A stretch of DNA of 64,000 nt from an uncultured Bacilli bacterium (GTDB lineage Bacteria; Bacillota_I; Bacilli_A; RF39; UBA660): contig CANQWT010000001.1 of NCBI GenBank assembly GCA_947627635.1, positions 18,325-82,324 of the forward strand, written 5' to 3'. A program made the position numbers and the translations under genes. A model generated the notes under the pieces. That model did no database searches and had not been told where the DNA came from. It worked only from the letters and a program-made list of their open reading frames with translations. This document shows, piece by piece, positions 7,002 to 17,664 of this stretch. How positions within the stretch are numbered: position 1 is the first letter of the stretch; every line of letters begins with the position of its first letter.

Positions 7002-9122
7002 GTGAATGATATGACAGTTAAAGAGTATGCAGAAGATGTTTCAAAAACAGTAGGGGAAATTCTTGAGCTTTGTAAGTCACTATCTATTCCAGTTGATGAT
7101 GAAGAAAGCTTACTAACCGATGATGCAATAATTATTTTGGATAATCAAATTCAAGATGAAGAAGACTATGTCACAGGAGATGCTGAGACTTTAGCAAAAA
7201 TTGAGATGGATGAGAAGGCAGAAGCTCTTGCCGATATGGTTGTTCAAGAAGAAAAGAACTTTACGAAAGTCAAAAAGAAAAATAAGGAGAAAAAAGAAGA
7301 AGCTCCTAATTTTAAAGAAGAGCGAAAGAAACTTTATAAGCATCGTGAAAAGTTACAAAGTAATGAAAAAGATGTGGATGATACAGTTATTGTTTACAAA
7401 GATGGAATGACAGTCAAAAGTTTGGCAGATGCTCTTGCTGTTCCATCAAGTGAACTGATTAAAAAGCTCATGGGTCTTGGAGTAATGGCCACATTAAATA
7501 ATCCTCTTTCTTTTGAAAATGCTGAGATTTTAGTAGTGGATTATGATAAGACACTAAAGAAAGAAGAAACTCAAGATATTTCTAATTTTGAAAACTATGA
7601 AATAGAAGAAGATGAGAGCAATTTAGTAAAACGTCCTCCTGTTGTAACAATTATGGGACATGTTGACCATGGAAAGACAACTCTTCTTGACTATATTAGA
7701 AAAAGTCATGTTGCAAGTGGAGAAGCAGGAGGGATTACCCAAGCAATTGGAGCTTATCAAGCTTCTTATAAAGATGAAGTGATTACTTTTATTGATACGC
7801 CAGGTCATGCTGCTTTTACAGAAATGAGAGCCCGTGGAGCTTCGATTACGGATATTGTTATTATTATTGTGGCTGCAGATGATGGAGTTATGCCTCAAAC
7901 GAAAGAAGCAATTGACCATGCAAAAGCTGCGAAAGTTCCTATTTTAGTTGCTATTAACAAAGTGGATAAGCCAGATGCAAATGTTGAAAAGGTCATGACT
8001 GGACTTGTTGAAGCAGGACTTACTCCTGAAGAGTGGGGTGGAGATGTACTCGTTTCTAAAATTTCTGCGAAAACAGGAGAGGGTGTTGAAGCACTTTTGG
8101 AAAACATTTTGTTGGTTGCAGAAATGCAGGAATTAAAAGCAAATCCTAAACGTTATGCAACAGGTGCTGTTATCGAGGCACAAATGGATAAGCATGTAGG
8201 AAGTATCGCAAGTATTCTCGTTCAAAATGGAACACTTCGTTTAGGAGACCCTATTGTGGTCGGAACTTCTTATGGTAAAGTAAGAACGATGAAAAATGAT
8301 AGGGGAGAAGAAATTACTGAAGCGCTTCCATCAACTCCAGTTGAAATTACAGGGCTTTCTGTTCTTCCTGCTGCCGGTGATAAGTTTATGGCATTTGAAA
8401 CAGAAAAACAGGCAAAACAAATTGCTGAAGAACGAGCTCTTAGAGTGCGAGAAGAAGATACAAATAGAACAGGAATGAGCTTGGAAGATTTATTTGGACA
8501 AATTCATGAAGGACTAAAAGAAATCAATGTGGTATTAAAGACAGATGTAAACGGTAGTCTAGAAGCTGTTCGTAATTCATTAGAAAAAATTGAAGTCGAA
8601 GGAGTTCGTATCAATGTCATTCGTGGTGGTGTTGGAGCAATTACTGAAAGTGATGTTGTACTCGCTCAAGCAAGTCATGCGATTATTATTGGTTTCAATG
8701 TTCGTGGAAACTTAAAGGTCAATGAAATTGCCAAAGAATATGGAGTAGAAATTCGTCTTTATGATATTATTTATAAAGTTGTAGAAGATATGGAAAGTGC
8801 TATGAAGGGAATGTTAGACCCTGAATATGAAGAAAAAGTTATTGGAACTTTGGAAATTAGACAACTCTTTAAGTTTTCTAAAGTTGGAATGATTGCCGGT
8901 TGTCATGTAACATCAGGAGTTGTTAAAAATAACGCATCAGCAAGACTTATTCGAGATGGTATTGTTATTTATACGGGTTCTATCAAGACTTTACAACATG
9001 AAAAAGACCAAGTAAAAGAAGTCAAAAACAATATGGACTGTGGTCTTACATTATCAGATTTTCAAGATTATAAAGAAAATGATGTCATTGAAGTTTATGA
9101 ACTAATAGAAATTGAAAGGTAA
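7002..9122 (+). CDS. infB: Translation initiation factor IF-2
   Basis: GTPase motifs GHVDHGKTT, DTPGH, NKVD, and IF-2 domain architecture. Confidence 0.95.
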   Translation: MNDMTVKEYAEDVSKTVGEILELCKSLSIPVDDEESLLTDDAIIILDNQIQDEEDYVTGDAETLAKIEMDEKAEALADMVVQEEKNFTKVKKKNKEKKEEAPNFKEERKKLYKHREKLQSNEKDVDDTVIVYKDGMTVKSLADALAVPSSELIKKLMGLGVMATLNNPLSFENAEILVVDYDKTLKKEETQDISNFENYEIEEDESNLVKRPPVVTIMGHVDHGKTTLLDYIRKSHVASGEAGGITQAIGAYQASYKDEVITFIDTPGHAAFTEMRARGASITDIVIIIVAADDGVMPQTKEAIDHAKAAKVPILVAINKVDKPDANVEKVMTGLVEAGLTPEEWGGDVLVSKISAKTGEGVEALLENILLVAEMQELKANPKRYATGAVIEAQMDKHVGSIASILVQNGTLRLGDPIVVGTSYGKVRTMKNDRGEEITEALPSTPVEITGLSVLPAAGDKFMAFETEKQAKQIAEERALRVREEDTNRTGMSLEDLFGQIHEGLKEINVVLKTDVNGSLEAVRNSLEKIEVEGVRINVIRGGVGAITESDVVLAQASHAIIIGFNVRGNLKVNEIAKEYGVEIRLYDIIYKVVEDMESAMKGMLDPEYEEKVIGTLEIRQLFKFSKVGMIAGCHVTSGVVKNNASARLIRDGIVIYTGSIKTLQHEKDQVKEVKNNMDCGLTLSDFQDYKENDVIEVYELIEIER

Positions 9123-9249
9123 TACCTTTCGTTTTCAAATTTCATTCTTATTAAAAGTGGGGTTTAATACTTATTGATCTAGATATTATTTTGAAATTTA
9201 TTGAACTATTAAAAAGTGAAGTGTAACAAAAGAATAAATCAAATATTAT

Positions 9250-9279
9250 TTGACAAAACCTAAAACGTTGTAATATAAT
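9250..9279 (+). promoter_or_regulatory. Sigma-A-type promoter for the pheST leader
   Basis: TTGACA (9250-9255), 18-nt spacer, TATAAT (9274-9279). Confidence 0.45.
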
Positions 9280-9289
9280 CAAATAGAAA

Positions 9290-9515
9290 TTTGTTGATGA
9301 AGAAATTATCTCAGTAGTTTATTTGAAACTCTAAAATTAGGGAATTATGGTCATGGACTGAAAGCCATAATAGATAAGCAAATAGATGAAATTCAATAAT
9401 GGAGTCAAATCGTGAAGAATGCGTTAATCTAAATAAGGTAGTAGGAATACTATAAAAAAAGGTGGTACCACGAAAGCAATTCGTCCTTTTAGGGATGAGT
9501 TGCTTTTTTATTCGA
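9290..9515 (+). promoter_or_regulatory. T-box riboswitch leader (Phe) ending in an intrinsic terminator
   Basis: Conserved T-box core AAAGGTGGTACCACG at about 9458-9472. Then hairpin GAAAGCAATTCGTCC...GGGATGAGTTGCTTTTTTATT, which is a terminator. Lies immediately upstream of pheS. A UUC-containing AAATTCAA segment sits in the candidate specifier region. Confidence 0.6.
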
Positions 9516-9549
9516 TTTCATTAGAGATAAAGGAAAGGAAGATGAAAAA

Positions 9550-10587
9550 ATGAAAGAAAAATTAGAAACGATTAAAAATGAGGGATTAAAACAAATTGAT
9601 GCTACAACAAGTACAGAAGCTCTTCAAGAAGTAAGAAAGGATTTAATGGGAAAGAAAAGTGAATTATCTATAATCCTTAAAACTTTAGGAAGCTTATCTC
9701 AAGAAGAAAGAAAAGAAATAGGACAATTAACAACAGAAATTAAAAATTTATTTGCGACAAAATTGGATGAGAAAGAGGAAACTCTAATGGCTTCTAAAAG
9801 TGTTTTGGATGAACCAATTGACCTGACTTTACCAGGCACAAAAGTAAGTGGTGGTGTACTTCATCCTGTAACACAAATGTGTTATGACTTAAATGATGCC
9901 TTTCGTTCTCTTGGATTTGAGGTCTTTAGTGAAGATGATATTAGTAGTGAGAAGTTTGCTTTTGATAACTTGAACTTCGCCGAAGACCATCCTGCTCGTC
10001 AAATGATGGATACTTATTGGATAGAAGGAACTGAAAATAAATCTGCTTCCGAACGACTTTGCTTGAGACCACACTTAACAGGTGCTTCTGTTCGTTATTT
10101 ATTAAAGCATGGTGCTCCTGCAAGGTTTGTCTATCCTGGTCGAGTTTATCGAAATGAAGATGTTGATGCTAGTCACGAAAGAGCTTTCTTTCAATATGAA
10201 GCGCTAATCGTTGATAAAAACATTTCCTTTTCATCAGGAATGGTGATGATACAAGCAATTTTGGAAAAAGTATTCGGTCGTTCTATCAATGTGCGAATGC
10301 GTGAAGGATTTTTCCCATTTGTAGAGCCAGGATATGAAATTGATATGGAATGCTTGGTTTGTGGAGGAAAAGGTTGTAAGGTTTGTAAACACAATGGTTG
10401 GATAGAAATTATGCCAGGAGGTGTCATTCATCCAAACGTTTTAAAATCCGCAGGACTTGACCCTGATACTTGGACAGGATTTTATATCAATATCGGTCTT
10501 GAAAGATTAGTAATGATGCGTTATGGAGTTGATGATGTGCGCCTATTCCATAGTGCTGACTTACGGTTCTTAGACCAATTTAAATAG
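9550..10587 (+). CDS. pheS: Phenylalanine--tRNA ligase alpha subunit
   Basis: Class II aaRS motifs (FRSLGFEV..., GFGLERLVMMRYG) and PheS N-terminal coiled coil. Confidence 0.95.
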   Translation: MKEKLETIKNEGLKQIDATTSTEALQEVRKDLMGKKSELSIILKTLGSLSQEERKEIGQLTTEIKNLFATKLDEKEETLMASKSVLDEPIDLTLPGTKVSGGVLHPVTQMCYDLNDAFRSLGFEVFSEDDISSEKFAFDNLNFAEDHPARQMMDTYWIEGTENKSASERLCLRPHLTGASVRYLLKHGAPARFVYPGRVYRNEDVDASHERAFFQYEALIVDKNISFSSGMVMIQAILEKVFGRSINVRMREGFFPFVEPGYEIDMECLVCGGKGCKVCKHNGWIEIMPGGVIHPNVLKSAGLDPDTWTGFYINIGLERLVMMRYGVDDVRLFHSADLRFLDQFK

Positions 10588-10597
10588 GAGGGAAAGT

Positions 10598-13021
10598 ATG
10601 AGAGTATCATTAAATTGGGTAAAAAAATATGTTGATTTACCTAGTGATTTAACACCAAAACAAATTGCTTATGACTTGACACTTCGTACTGTTGAAGTAG
10701 AAGAAGTCATTGATGAAAGAGAAAAATATCATGATATTGTTGTTGGAAAAATTTTAGAAATTAGACCACACCCTAATGCTGATAAGTTAAAGCTTTGTAT
10801 CACAGATATTGGCGAAGATGAACCTGTTCAAATTGTCTGTGGAGGCTCTAATTTATATGAAGGAGAAATGGTTGTTGTCTCAAAACCAGGGGCTGAAGTT
10901 GTTTGGCATGGAGAAGGAGCTCCTGTAAAAATTGAAAAGACTAAAATGCGTGGAGAATCTTCTTATGGAATGATTTGTGCTGCCGAAGAAGTCTATTTAG
11001 ATAACTTTTTCCCAAGTAAGGATGAACGAGAAATCGTTGATTTAAAAGGTGTCGAATGTTATCCAGGAGAAAATATCGCAGATGTGATTTGCATGAATGA
11101 CACAGTTTTAGAAATTGACAATAAATCACTAACGAATAGACCTGATTTATGGGGGCATTATGGTGTTGCCCGTGAACTTGCTGTCATTTATGACGTTCCT
11201 TTAAAAGAATTGCCTACTTATAAAATTCCTAAAAATATAAAGGAGTATCAAGTAGAAATTAAAGAACCTAGTAAGTGTCATCGTTACGTTGGTATTGAAA
11301 TTGAAAATGTTTATGAAAAAGAATCTCCAATGTGGATGAAGGCTTTGATTACAAGTTGTGGAATGCGCCCAATTAGTGCTATTGTTGATATTACCAATTA
11401 TGTTATGCTGGCTGTAGGACAGCCTTTACATGCATTTGATAGAACTCATGTTGAGGGTGAGAAAATCATTGTTCGAAATGCCAAAAAGGATGAAGAGTTG
11501 TTATTGCTTGATAATAATACAATTGCTTTAACGGAAGATGATTTAGTAATTAGTGATACTAAAAATGCTCTTGCTTTAGCTGGAATACGTGGAGGTAAAA
11601 AAGACTCTATCTTACCTGATACGACAGGAATTGTTTTAGAAGTTGCTAACTTTACCGCAAGTACAATTCGAAAAACTGGAAAACGCTTTGATGAAAAGAC
11701 AGATGCCTCTATTCGTTATGAGAAAAATATTGATACTGCCCGTGTTGATTTAGGAGTTGCTCTTGCTCTTGAGTTATTTAAAGAACTTTTTGATGAAAGT
11801 AAAATTGTTGCTTATAAAGATGCTTATCCTGTTCCTACAGAGTGTGCAAAAATAGATTTGCCACAAGAATTTTTAGATGTTCGTCTTGGAAAGAAGCTTT
11901 CTTGCGAGACGATTACTAAAATTTTAACTTCTTTAGGTTATCAAGTAAATTTAAAGGACGGAATTTATCATGTGACAGCTCCAATTTGGCGTTCTACAGG
12001 TGATGTTTCTTTAAAAGATGATGTCATGGGAGATATTGCTCGAATTTTGACTTATCAAAGTTTTGAATCCAAACCTCTTACAATTGAATTTTCTCATGCA
12101 GTTCATGATGGCAAGGACTTATTAGAGAGAAGAGTGAAAGAATACTTAGCTTATCGGGCAGGATTTAATGAGATTTATACTTATCCATGGATTGATATCA
12201 AATATATTCAAGCTGCACGAATTGATACAACTTCTTCTGTTCGTCTAGCTACACCCCCTGCGCCTAATCTTGCAATTCTAAGAAGTTCCCTAGTTCCTGG
12301 AATGCTAGAAGCAATTGCTAAAAACTTAAGATACTTTACTGATTTCAAGATTTTTGAAATGGCTCAAGTTGTTGAACAAGGAGAATATCATGAATCTTGT
12401 GAAGAAGAAACTCTTCCTATTCATAAGAAATTTGTAACGGGTGCAATTGTTTCTAAAGATGCCAAAGAAAACTTCTATGAAGTAAAAGGAGTTATTGAAG
12501 AAATGGCTCGGTATTGTCATATGGAAGATTTAACTTTTACAAACGAAGCAAAACCAAGTTGGGCTGATATCAATGCTTATTTAAATGTGGTTCATCATGA
12601 TAAAATCATCGGTTCTATTGGACTTCTTTCGCCAGTTGTTATGAATGATGCTAAAATCAAACGTACAAATGTCGCTATCTTTGAACTTAATTTTGATGAA
12701 TTTATTCCACTTCCATCAAGAACCAACCATTATGAAGCAATTCCACAACTTCCATTGGTTGAAAAAGACTTATCTATTTTAGTAAATTATGAAGTTTCAT
12801 GGGCTCAAATTCAAGAAGCAATTGAAAGTAAGGTTCGTGAGTTAGAGTTTATTGAAGAATATAAAGGAAATCAAATTCCAGCTGGTAAAAAATCACTCAC
12901 TTTAAGAGTTAAAATTGGAAATGATACCAAAACACTTACATCCGAAGAAATCAGCCAAGAAATGGAACATCTATTAAAACTTCTTCATAAAAAGTGTGGA
13001 GCAATTCTTCGCGAAGAATAA
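10598..13021 (+). CDS. pheT: Phenylalanine--tRNA ligase beta subunit
   Basis: MRVSLNWVKKYVDL start and tRNA-binding domain, 807 aa typical length. Immediately downstream of pheS. Confidence 0.95.
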   Translation: MRVSLNWVKKYVDLPSDLTPKQIAYDLTLRTVEVEEVIDEREKYHDIVVGKILEIRPHPNADKLKLCITDIGEDEPVQIVCGGSNLYEGEMVVVSKPGAEVVWHGEGAPVKIEKTKMRGESSYGMICAAEEVYLDNFFPSKDEREIVDLKGVECYPGENIADVICMNDTVLEIDNKSLTNRPDLWGHYGVARELAVIYDVPLKELPTYKIPKNIKEYQVEIKEPSKCHRYVGIEIENVYEKESPMWMKALITSCGMRPISAIVDITNYVMLAVGQPLHAFDRTHVEGEKIIVRNAKKDEELLLLDNNTIALTEDDLVISDTKNALALAGIRGGKKDSILPDTTGIVLEVANFTASTIRKTGKRFDEKTDASIRYEKNIDTARVDLGVALALELFKELFDESKIVAYKDAYPVPTECAKIDLPQEFLDVRLGKKLSCETITKILTSLGYQVNLKDGIYHVTAPIWRSTGDVSLKDDVMGDIARILTYQSFESKPLTIEFSHAVHDGKDLLERRVKEYLAYRAGFNEIYTYPWIDIKYIQAARIDTTSSVRLATPPAPNLAILRSSLVPGMLEAIAKNLRYFTDFKIFEMAQVVEQGEYHESCEEETLPIHKKFVTGAIVSKDAKENFYEVKGVIEEMARYCHMEDLTFTNEAKPSWADINAYLNVVHHDKIIGSIGLLSPVVMNDAKIKRTNVAIFELNFDEFIPLPSRTNHYEAIPQLPLVEKDLSILVNYEVSWAQIQEAIESKVRELEFIEEYKGNQIPAGKKSLTLRVKIGNDTKTLTSEEISQEMEHLLKLLHKKCGAILREE

Positions 13022-13124
13022 AAAACAAAAGGACTTTGTAAAAATAAGTTCTTTTTGTTTATTGATATGTTAGAATAGAAGTAGTAAAACATGTTGATTT
13101 ATTGATAAAAGAAGGAGGATAAAT

Positions 13125-13601
13125 ATGATTATTCAGTATGATAATTCTTATGAGGAAGAAGTACGTGATTTACTTTGTGAGCTACAAGACTATATTGTAT
13201 CCATTGACAAAGAAAAATATAATATCAGAACAGAAGAGTATAGAGAAAAATATTTCAAGAAAACCATGGAAGAGATATCTAAGTATCAAGGAAGAATGCT
13301 TCTTTATAAGAAAGAGAATAAAATTGTAGGTCTAGTTGTCGGTCTTATCAATAATGACCCAATTGATAGCTATGATTTTGTTGTTCCAAAACGAGGTAGA
13401 ATTACAGAATTAGTTGTGACTGAAAGTGCAAGAAAACAACAAATTGGAAAAGCTCTACTAGATGCCATGGAACAGTTTTTAAAAAATAAGGGTTGTGAAG
13501 ATATTTTACTTGGTGTTTTTGCCTATAATTTGCAAGCAAGAAGTTTCTATGAGAAAAATGGTTATCATGAAAGAATGATAGAGTGTAGTAAGAAACTTTA
13601 G
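13125..13601 (+). CDS. GNAT family N-acetyltransferase
   Basis: Acetyl-CoA binding motif RKQQIGKALLDAMEQFL and ...FYEKNGY at the C-terminus. Confidence 0.7.
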   Translation: MIIQYDNSYEEEVRDLLCELQDYIVSIDKEKYNIRTEEYREKYFKKTMEEISKYQGRMLLYKKENKIVGLVVGLINNDPIDSYDFVVPKRGRITELVVTESARKQQIGKALLDAMEQFLKNKGCEDILLGVFAYNLQARSFYEKNGYHERMIECSKKL

Positions 13602-13613
13602 AAAAGGTGTTAC

Positions 13614-14180
13614 ATGATGAAGAAACCTATATATCATGGTAGTTCAAATCCGAATTTAAAAGTCATCAAAGCCAACAAAAGTACCCACAATGTAGAATGT
13701 ATTTATGGGGCAGAAGATAAAATCACAGCATTACTTTTCGCAAATTCTGGTCAAAAAGATTTGGATACAAGAATTTCAAATGTCTCTGGTAAAGTAGAAT
13801 TAGTAGAGCGAAGAAGAGGTGTCTTTAAGAAACTTTATAATCGGGAAGGCTATTTATATGAACTAGATGGCAGTAGCTTTCAGCATTATGACTATTTATG
13901 GAGCTTAGAAGTTGTTTCTTTTGAAAAAGAGCTAAAGCCTTTAAGAAAAATTACGTATCAAAATATTTTAGAAGAAATTGAAAAAGAAGCTTACAAAGGA
14001 AATCTTATACTATATCGCTATCCTAATCGTCCTAGTGATATGCCACTTGATAACTCAGATTTAATTGAAAAATATATTGCTTTCGAAGAACAAGGCTTAA
14101 AAGGGGCAATTCAAAAATTATTAAATGTCTATCCAGAGTTTCAAGAAAGGGTAAGAGATAAAATCACACAAAAAAAGTAA
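13614..14180 (+). CDS. Hypothetical protein, 188 aa
   Basis: ORF with no recognised motif. Confidence 0.45.
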   Translation: MMKKPIYHGSSNPNLKVIKANKSTHNVECIYGAEDKITALLFANSGQKDLDTRISNVSGKVELVERRRGVFKKLYNREGYLYELDGSSFQHYDYLWSLEVVSFEKELKPLRKITYQNILEEIEKEAYKGNLILYRYPNRPSDMPLDNSDLIEKYIAFEEQGLKGAIQKLLNVYPEFQERVRDKITQKK

Positions 14181-14222
14181 GATGAGTAGTAGTACATACT
14201 AAAATAGCTTATCTTACTTTTT
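14177..14222. terminator. Bidirectional intrinsic terminator between convergent genes
   Basis: Stem GTAAGAT...ATCTTAC flanked by an A-run (14171-14176) and TTTTT (14218-14222). Confidence 0.45.
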
Positions 14223-15132
14223 AAATGGCTAATTCTTGATAAATTTCTTTCGGATAAAGATGTTCAGTATCTTCTAGTTCTTCCAGTTCACTCGGTGTAA
14301 TCAAATAGAAATTATATTCCAAACTGTCACTTCCATCAGACATAACAGGGTCATCCCAAGTCAGGTCCATATGGTACCATGCATGATTTAATTCTACAGC
14401 ATTCCATACATGATTTTCTGAGGAAACTTTATAGTTTTTAAGACCTAAGTCTTCTAGAAATAAAGCCATCGCATCTGTATATCCTCCACAAAGTGCAATT
14501 CCATCAATTAAAGAACCATATGCTGTATCAGACTGATATCTTACAATATTAGAATCACTTCTATCTTTATCGTATTTTGTATGGTTAATAATGTAGTCAT
14601 GCGCTGCTTTAATTTTATCTTGAATACTCATAGTATCAGTCCAAATCTCTTGTTCAATTTGCTTTAACTTTTGAGTAATCATAATAATTTTTTCCTTATT
14701 ATAAGTAGGTTCTATTTTTAAAGTCACAGCTCCATAACTATCATATTCTGTCTCAATATGTTTAAATCCATTGAAAGGATGAACAAAGTTATTGATATGA
14801 GAAAGTAAAACCTGATTATTCGCAAGTTCCTTTACATCTTCTGTACAAGTTTTATACTTTTTAGGACAGTGAAACGTAAAATTCTTTTTCCCAGCATTGA
14901 TTACAGTATAGTAAATAGAGATTAAATCCTCTTTAGTTGAAGGTACAAAGTTATCTGTTTGTTTTACAAAATCAAAGTCAAAATCTCGATAATAAGTATT
15001 CTTATCTTCCAAGACAATAGCCTCATGTTTTAATACAAATTGTTCTAAATAAATGCGATAAATCTCTTTTCTAAAGACATAGACTATCCCAAAAGATAGA
15101 ACTAACAAAATACATACAACATATTTTTTCAT
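14221..15132 (-). CDS. Membrane-anchored transglutaminase-like cysteine protease domain protein
   Basis: N-terminal TM segment. Cys-His-Asp signature region IDGIALCGGYTDAMALFL...ENHVWNAVEL...HMDLTWDDP typical of the transglutaminase-like superfamily. Confidence 0.6.
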   Translation of the reverse strand: MKKYVVCILLVLSFGIVYVFRKEIYRIYLEQFVLKHEAIVLEDKNTYYRDFDFDFVKQTDNFVPSTKEDLISIYYTVINAGKKNFTFHCPKKYKTCTEDVKELANNQVLLSHINNFVHPFNGFKHIETEYDSYGAVTLKIEPTYNKEKIIMITQKLKQIEQEIWTDTMSIQDKIKAAHDYIINHTKYDKDRSDSNIVRYQSDTAYGSLIDGIALCGGYTDAMALFLEDLGLKNYKVSSENHVWNAVELNHAWYHMDLTWDDPVMSDGSDSLEYNFYLITPSELEELEDTEHLYPKEIYQELAI

Positions 15133-15210
15133 TATTGTATCACCATAGTATCATTATAGTTAAATTTTAGAGAAATGCCAAGACTTCTTCCTTAAAAAAG
15201 TCACTGTTGA

Positions 15211-15237
15211 CAATAAAAAAAGTAGCGTTCAACTACT
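15211..15237 (-). terminator. Intrinsic terminator for rpsT
   Basis: Hairpin AGTAG-CGTTCAA-CTACT overlaps the stop codon. It is followed on the minus strand by a U-run (plus-strand A7 at 15214-15220). Confidence 0.4.
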
Positions 15238-15505
15238 TCTCAGTTTCTTTTGAATTTTTTAATTTTGTAAGTCTTGATTTTAATCTTGCAGCTTTATTTT
15301 TGTGAATTAAACCACTTTTAGCAGCTTTATCAATTCTTTGTACAGCAATATTTAAGTTCTTTGCAACCTCTTCAATTGTTCCTTCTTTAGCACTTTTTTC
15401 TACATTTTTAATTGCTGTTCTCATGCTTGATGTTACAAATGTATTTACTGTTTCTTTTTTTGCATTACTACGAACACGTTTTTTCGCACTTTTAATATTT
15501 GGCAT
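15233..15505 (-). CDS. rpsT: 30S ribosomal protein S20
   Basis: MPNIKSAKKRVR... is the canonical S20 N-terminus; 90 aa. Confidence 0.9.
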   Translation of the reverse strand: MPNIKSAKKRVRSNAKKETVNTFVTSSMRTAIKNVEKSAKEGTIEEVAKNLNIAVQRIDKAAKSGLIHKNKAARLKSRLTKLKNSKETEK

Positions 15506-15613
15506 TTTTTCACCTCACTTTTTTGTAAACATATACATAATATCAAAAAGTCACTAAAAAAGCAAATAAAAATAAGGAATTTGTTCAAAATAGAAAAAAG
15601 AAAGAGGGATAAA

Positions 15614-16630
15614 ATGGGAAAAAGAAAACAAATTGCTTTGATGCATACAGATTTAATTGAAGATATTATTTGTAATCAGGATAGAAAAGTTAAAGGGGAG
15701 GAATATTCTTATTCAGGTGGAAAGGTGAAAAGACTTTATTTAAATCAAGAAGATGAAAAAGCTTTATCGAAAAAGAAGGGATGGTATAGTACAATTTTTT
15801 TTGATGAACTGTTGCTTGATGAAAATGCAAATTCTATTCAAGAAGTTTTAGAAAAAGAAATATCTTTTTATATGAAACAATTTGAAATCAAAGAAAATGA
15901 TTTTGGATTAGTCATTGGATTAGGAAATCGAATGAGTACTCCTGATTCTTTAGGACCTAAGGTTATAGAAAATACTACTGTTACAAAGCATTTGTTTGAT
16001 TTAGGATTAAATGTAGAACTCAAGTATCGTCCTTTATCTGTTATATCCCCAGGTGTAATGGCTCAAACTGGAATTGAGACAAAAGAATATATTCTTGCTC
16101 TCATTGAAAAAATTCATCCAACATTTGTAATTGCCATTGATGCTCTTGCTTCAAACTCCTTAGAGAGGGTGATGAAAACCATTCAACTAACTGATACCGG
16201 AATACACCCAGGAAGTGGTATTGGAAATCATCGTAAAGAAATATCTCAAGAGACCATAGGAATTCCTGTTTTAGCAATTGGCGTTCCAACCGTCGTAGAT
16301 GCCGCAACAATTGTACAAAATACGCTTTCCTTTTTAAGTAAGAAAATCTCTTATCAAAAAGAAAACAAAAATAATCCCAAAAACAAGTTCCTAACAGGAC
16401 TTGAAGACGTTTATAAAAATCAAGAAGATACTTTGACAAAACAAGAAAAGCAAAGCCTATTAGGAGAACTTGGTCTTTTGTCTTTGGAAGAACAAACTCA
16501 TCTTTTTGAAGAAGTATTAACCCCTTTAGGTTACAACTTAATGGTAACCCCTACAGATGTTGATGCTTTAATTGAACAACTTTCTAAAATCATCAGTGGT
16601 AGTTTAAATCATGTTCTTCATAAGAGTTAA
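15614..16630 (+). CDS. gpr: Germination protease GPR (spore endopeptidase)
   Basis: Near-identity blocks with B. subtilis Gpr: AIDALASNSLERV..IQLTDTGIHPGSGIGN, GIPVLAIGVPTVVDA, SPLGYNLMVTP. The start at 15614 is preferred because AAGAGGGAT RBS precedes it; the track's TTG at 15581 has none. The rpsT-gpr-spoIIP order is conserved. Confidence 0.85.
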   Translation: MGKRKQIALMHTDLIEDIICNQDRKVKGEEYSYSGGKVKRLYLNQEDEKALSKKKGWYSTIFFDELLLDENANSIQEVLEKEISFYMKQFEIKENDFGLVIGLGNRMSTPDSLGPKVIENTTVTKHLFDLGLNVELKYRPLSVISPGVMAQTGIETKEYILALIEKIHPTFVIAIDALASNSLERVMKTIQLTDTGIHPGSGIGNHRKEISQETIGIPVLAIGVPTVVDAATIVQNTLSFLSKKISYQKENKNNPKNKFLTGLEDVYKNQEDTLTKQEKQSLLGELGLLSLEEQTHLFEEVLTPLGYNLMVTPTDVDALIEQLSKIISGSLNHVLHKS

Positions 16631-16695
16631 ACAATAGAATTCTTTCGACAGAGTTTTTAGTTTCTCTTTGTTACAATCATCTAAAAGGTGATAGT

Positions 16696-17664
16696 ATGAA
16701 GAAAAGATTTATCGTAAAAAAGAAAAAGAAAAGAGCTAATAAAAAGATAAAAGTCTTAATTTTGTTATCTCTTTTTCTAGTAGCTTTTTATAGTTCACTT
16801 TGTTTTTGTGCAAGGCTAAAATTCAAAAGTGACCATCAAGAACTTTTAAACATTTTACTTTCTCATAGTAACAGTTTTATTAAAGAGAAAAAGGATAATA
16901 CTTTTTTAGTCAAGGCTATTTCTTATCTATTACAAATTGATGTAAAGCGTCCTAGTACACTTCTATATACGGGTTATACAGGTATTTTTAAAGAACAAGA
17001 AAAAAGTACGCATATTATTTCTAAAAATGTTGAGGAAAAGCAGTCTATTCTTTATAAGGAACCTCGTGTTTATATTTATAATACACATCAAAAAGAGGAA
17101 TATCAGCCGAGTTCTTTTTTAGAATATAGTGTTTCTCCTAATGTGATGCTTTCAAGTTATATTTTAAAAGAGCAACTCGATAAAAGTGGTATTGCAACTA
17201 TTGTTGAAGAAAGAGATATACAAGGAGAGGTTTCACGTCTTGGTAAGAAATATTACTATAGTTATACAGTTAGTCGAAAGTTTATGGAAGAGGCAAAGCT
17301 AAAGTATCCGACCCTTGAATATTTTATTGATGTTCATCGTGATTCTGTGTCTAAAAATTTATCTTATCTTGAAAAAGATGGAAAGGGATATGCAAAAGTT
17401 CTTTTTATCATTGGAAAAGAAAATCCAAACTATCAGGAAAATTATAATTTCACAAAGCAAATCTTTGATTTGATGGAAAGTAAAGTTCCTGGAATTACGA
17501 GGAGTATTTATGAAAAAGCAGGAGAAGGTGTTGATGGAGTTTATAATCAGGATTTTTCACCGAATACGATTTTAGTAGAAATAGGTGGAGAAGAAAATAC
17601 TGTGGATGAAGTCTATAATACAACTCTTGTTTTAGGAGAAGTTCTAAAGGAAGTGATAGGGTGA
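16696..17664 (+). CDS. spoIIP: Stage II sporulation protein P (SpoIIP)
   Basis: Position after gpr. N-terminal TM plus amidase-like domain with YIYNTHQ...EEY and FIDVHRDS motifs. Confidence 0.75.
   Translation: MKKRFIVKKKKKRANKKIKVLILLSLFLVAFYSSLCFCARLKFKSDHQELLNILLSHSNSFIKEKKDNTFLVKAISYLLQIDVKRPSTLLYTGYTGIFKEQEKSTHIISKNVEEKQSILYKEPRVYIYNTHQKEEYQPSSFLEYSVSPNVMLSSYILKEQLDKSGIATIVEERDIQGEVSRLGKKYYYSYTVSRKFMEEAKLKYPTLEYFIDVHRDSVSKNLSYLEKDGKGYAKVLFIIGKENPNYQENYNFTKQIFDLMESKVPGITRSIYEKAGEGVDGVYNQDFSPNTILVEIGGEENTVDEVYNTTLVLGEVLKEVIG

Noticed and set aside
7201-7410. Lys/Arg-rich 69-aa ORF in an alternative frame inside infB, plus antisense ORFs 7623-7919 and 7895-8107
   Set aside because: They lie fully within the highly conserved infB coding region. 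They are low-complexity translations of the AAG/GAA-rich linker and have no RBS.
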